A stretch of DNA of 63,939 nt, counting the filler, from Reticulomyxa filosa (taxonomy: Eukaryota; Protista; Foraminifera): the NCBI GenBank assembly GCA_000512085.1. It is 18 parts of 18 records of this genome, joined end to end, with 100 filler letters (N's around TTAATTAATTAA, not from the genome) between each part and the next. Parts side by side here need not be neighbours in the genome. Positions count along the whole stretch, not along the records: positions 59,424 to 63,939 come from ASPP01016500.1; 17 more parts are not named here. One strand, written 5' to 3'. Within the stretch, counting starts at the first letter, position 1. Every line of letters starts with the position of its first letter. Made by a program: the position numbers and the translations under genes. Shown in pieces: positions 60,948-63,939 of the stretch. Below the pieces are notes generated by a model, which searched no databases, was not told where the DNA came from, and saw nothing but the letters and a program-made list of their open reading frames with translations.

Positions 60948-62347
60948 CTAATGTTTCAGGATGCTTTTCTTGGACATCACAGTGTCGAATGTAGGATGCG
61001 AAGGAAAGGAAAGCAAGTGCTGAACAACAAGATTGCGCTGTGTCAAGACTTGTCTCAAGTTGTTATGCGTGAGGAAGGGATGTTGTTTTAATTCAAAGAG
61101 CCACGACTCCTCACGTTGGTAGTCTTGCAAAGTTTTGGCACGCAGTGGCTGGTCCCCACATTTAACCTTTTGCAGCATGATCATCCGATAGTGTACAAAA
61201 TTGGGATGATCTGCCGTGGACGAGATATGGGGAGCAATCCAGGGCACATCATTCCATGGCATTATCGGTGCATTGACAACAACATTACCACCACCACGAC
61301 CATCATTGCCATTACCATTGCCATTGCCATTAATCACTGACTGAAGCTGTTTCGAAAGCGTTTGTATACGTACCCATTCCTCCTGGTTATAACAATTGCG
61401 TTGAATCCCATCAATCATTTCTTTCCAAGCAATTTCAATTTTATAATTATTAGTACCATTACGATTACTGTTGAACATCGGTTGTAATGATTGCTGCGGC
61501 AGTATACGTACGGGAGCAGTGATAGCGTTTCTGGACGCCAAAAACTGCGCCAGCACTCGGGTTTGCAAGTGATGATTATGGACTAAGAGCAGCTTGCCGT
61601 GGTGATCAGATAGCATCATTTCGGCGTAGCGTAGCATAAGAGCGTACTCAATGAAGGTGTTATTGACAATATCGGACAGCGATGTGAGCACCATGTGAAC
61701 AGGATGCCACGGATTGCCACGGCTGGTATTGAGCGCCCGAATCAATCCAAACTTGTCCATATCCCAAGACCCTTTCATTTCCGTCTTCATCTCCATCTCT
61801 ATCTCCTTCTGCTTCTGTGCTAGCCTCGAGGCAAGCAGCTCCGCACAGTTCAAAATGGTCCAATTCTTGTACAGTTTGGCCTTCACTTTTGCCAACGGCT
61901 TTGGCTGCTTTTTCTTGCCATTGACATTGGACTTGGTATTGGCATTGGCATTGATCTTAAATACAATATAGTCGCGAAAGCACTGGGCGGACAAGACTCC
62001 CAGAGGATGTGTAGGATGCAAGCCGCAGTGAACGTTCAGAGTTTGTGCCAAGAGATGGACCCCCGAGGAAGACGAGCTGCTGTCTTCATTGTCGTCAGAA
62101 CATAGGTCAAACAGCACATCAAAGGCGCTGAGATTGGACATGGACTTATCGCGTTCCTGCTCGTCTTCCTTGTGTCCAGCGAGGCGAAAGTTGAGAGGGC
62201 CGTTCAGGTGGAACACGCACGAGCCCTTTTTCCACTGATGCGCCTGATGCTCATTATGTCCCAACTCCACAATCATTCCGTCAAAGCTGTTCATCAAGCT
62301 CGCGTCCTCCTCGTCTATATTTGTCGTTGCATTTTTTGTCGATACTA

Positions 62348-62381
<34 letters not shown>

Positions 62382-63107
62382 CGATGCTAATGATGATGTC
62401 TTCTGCTCATGCTTCGACCACAGCTTACATTGGTAGAGCAACACACTGTCATACAGTCGCGACCATGACGTTTGCACAAAGTGAAAGCGGTCCAATGCTC
62501 GGTATTTGCTACGCAAGTACTCGGCCATGTTTTTTTGTTGCTTTCGCTCTTTGCGCTTGCTCGTTGCATTCCCTTCTTTTTCCTTTTTCTTGCTGCTCTT
62601 GCTCTTGCTCTTGCTCTTGCTGTTCCAAAGGGTCATCGGTGGCTTGTCTATGTCCACTCCTATCACTTGGCTGTATTCACTACTATTCAATAAGTCATTG
62701 GTCAGTGAGCCTTTGTTCAAAACATATATATTTATATGTATATATTCTTTTTTTTTTTTTTAAAAAGTGTTTTTTCTTCTTTCTTCTTTTCTTTTCCCCT
62801 CCGCCCTTTCGATGGCTTGGAAATTTCTTGAAATTTCCCAACAAAAAAAAACACATACACACATACACGAAGTTTTCATACCTGTGCCAAAGGAAGCGTC
62901 CAAGAAACATCCATCTCTCTTGTGTTCAAGCAATGTAGACAATACTTCTTCTTTGAATACGTGATACGAACCCTTTTCTAGCCTCTTTTGAACTGCTTGT
63001 GCTATGCTTACATGGCGGCTTTGTGTGTGGAGATAATAACGACAGAGACCAGAACTCGAACACAATGTTTTTCTCCAAATGGAAGAAATGTTCGCTGCTC
63101 CAAGCAT
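60948..63107 (-). CDS. Divergent RsmH/MraW (METTL15)-like protein, probably mitochondrial, 2 exons
   Basis: Exon 63107-62882, GT..AG intron 62881-62711, exon 62710-60948. Ordered RsmH-like blocks: HVFKEEVL, FLDASFGTGSLTNDLL, VIGVDID, FDGMIVELG, GPLNFRL, HPVHMVLTSLSDIVNN, GKLLLVHNHHLQTRVLAQFL. Basic, acid-free N-terminus. Confidence 0.7.
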
Positions 63108-63939
63108 CACACATTTGAATGCAAGAACTTTGGAGGAAAAAATAATGTCCCCTTTCTCTTTCCCCCCCCAAAAAAAGTATCGCACGTACAAAATTGTTTG
63201 TAAAACTTTAATATATTCAAAAAACTTCATTGAGTGCATGTTATCCACAACGGATGAAAGTAAAACAAGAAAAAAACGCGAAACAGTTTTACACAAAAAG
63301 AATTTTTTTTTTTTCAAAAAGAGGTTAATTCCAAAAAATCAAATTCTGATCAGACAAAACAAATGTGATGGATTTAAAATTTGTGGTATAGACTTTTTGT
63401 ATAATTCTATAATTTGATTATTTATTTGTAGTAGTTCCATGTCCATAACACTTTCAGTAAAATGATTGTAATGATTAAAAATTGATTATTGCATGAACAG
63501 ACCTCTTTTCTTTTGAAATATTTTTTTGCTTTCAATATAGGTGGATTGTGGGGGAATTGGTGAAAGTTTAATAGAGTAACTTTTTCTATTGACTGTGTTA
63601 CTTTTTTTATTTGTTTAATATTGCTATCATTCCTGATCATCGAAATGATTTATTTTTGCCAAAAAAAAAGTAATATTTTTTTGATATCGCTTTCCAACGC
63701 TTATTTCTTTAGGAATTCAGTGTCCAAATGTCTATTGTTCCAGAATTTGCTGAGTAATTTTTGAAGTATTTTACTCTTCGTGACTTATACGAATTAAAGG
63801 CAAACTTCAAAAAAAATGAATATGGGTATCTTTTCAAAAATAATTTTTTTTGTTGTTGTTGTAAAGTGCAAGGATTGACAATCTATAAAAAAGGGTACTC
63901 ACCATGTGATGATTGTTTGCTTTGATTAATATTAGTAGT

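Overview
This window is not one locus. It is 18 unrelated contigs joined by 17 identical 100-nt artificial spacers (N44-TTAATTAATTAA-N44), so adjacency across a spacer means nothing. Contig 1 (1-1356) is GC-rich bacterial DNA: a DJ-1/PfpI gene and the 3' end of sbcC converge on a GTAG-type REP and a bidirectional terminator. Contig 14 (44733-45845) is AT-rich, intronless and probably from a Rickettsiales-like bacterium (SEC59/DGK1/VTE5-family kinase). The other 16 contigs are AT-rich, intron-containing eukaryotic DNA. Their expanded RING/TRAF-WD40, WD40 and Kelch families strongly resemble the foraminiferan Reticulomyxa filosa (inference from recognition, not a search). Recognisable genes are MRE11, a PP2C phosphatase, a mitochondrial carrier, SDHAF4 and the BRR2 N-terminus (both split by introns and obscured in the ORF track), a BTB protein, an ANTH-like adaptor, an ABCG N-terminus, a dsRBD protein, a 7TM-like protein and a strongly diverged RsmH/METTL15 homologue. 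There are many decayed gene fragments (ubiquitin, SGT1, ABC1 kinase, Kelch/U-box, WD40, RING-TRAF). At least two keep introns and several break off mid-domain and abut unrelated relics. A ~2-2.5 kb element is shared by two different contigs. I found no CRISPR array, rRNA, tRNA or intact transposase, and cannot demonstrate a new biological system. The best leads are the possible METTL15 pseudo-enzyme, the DNA-level gene-fragment mosaics with G:C-to-A:T-biased decay, the shared dispersed element and the TRAF7-like family with an altered RING.
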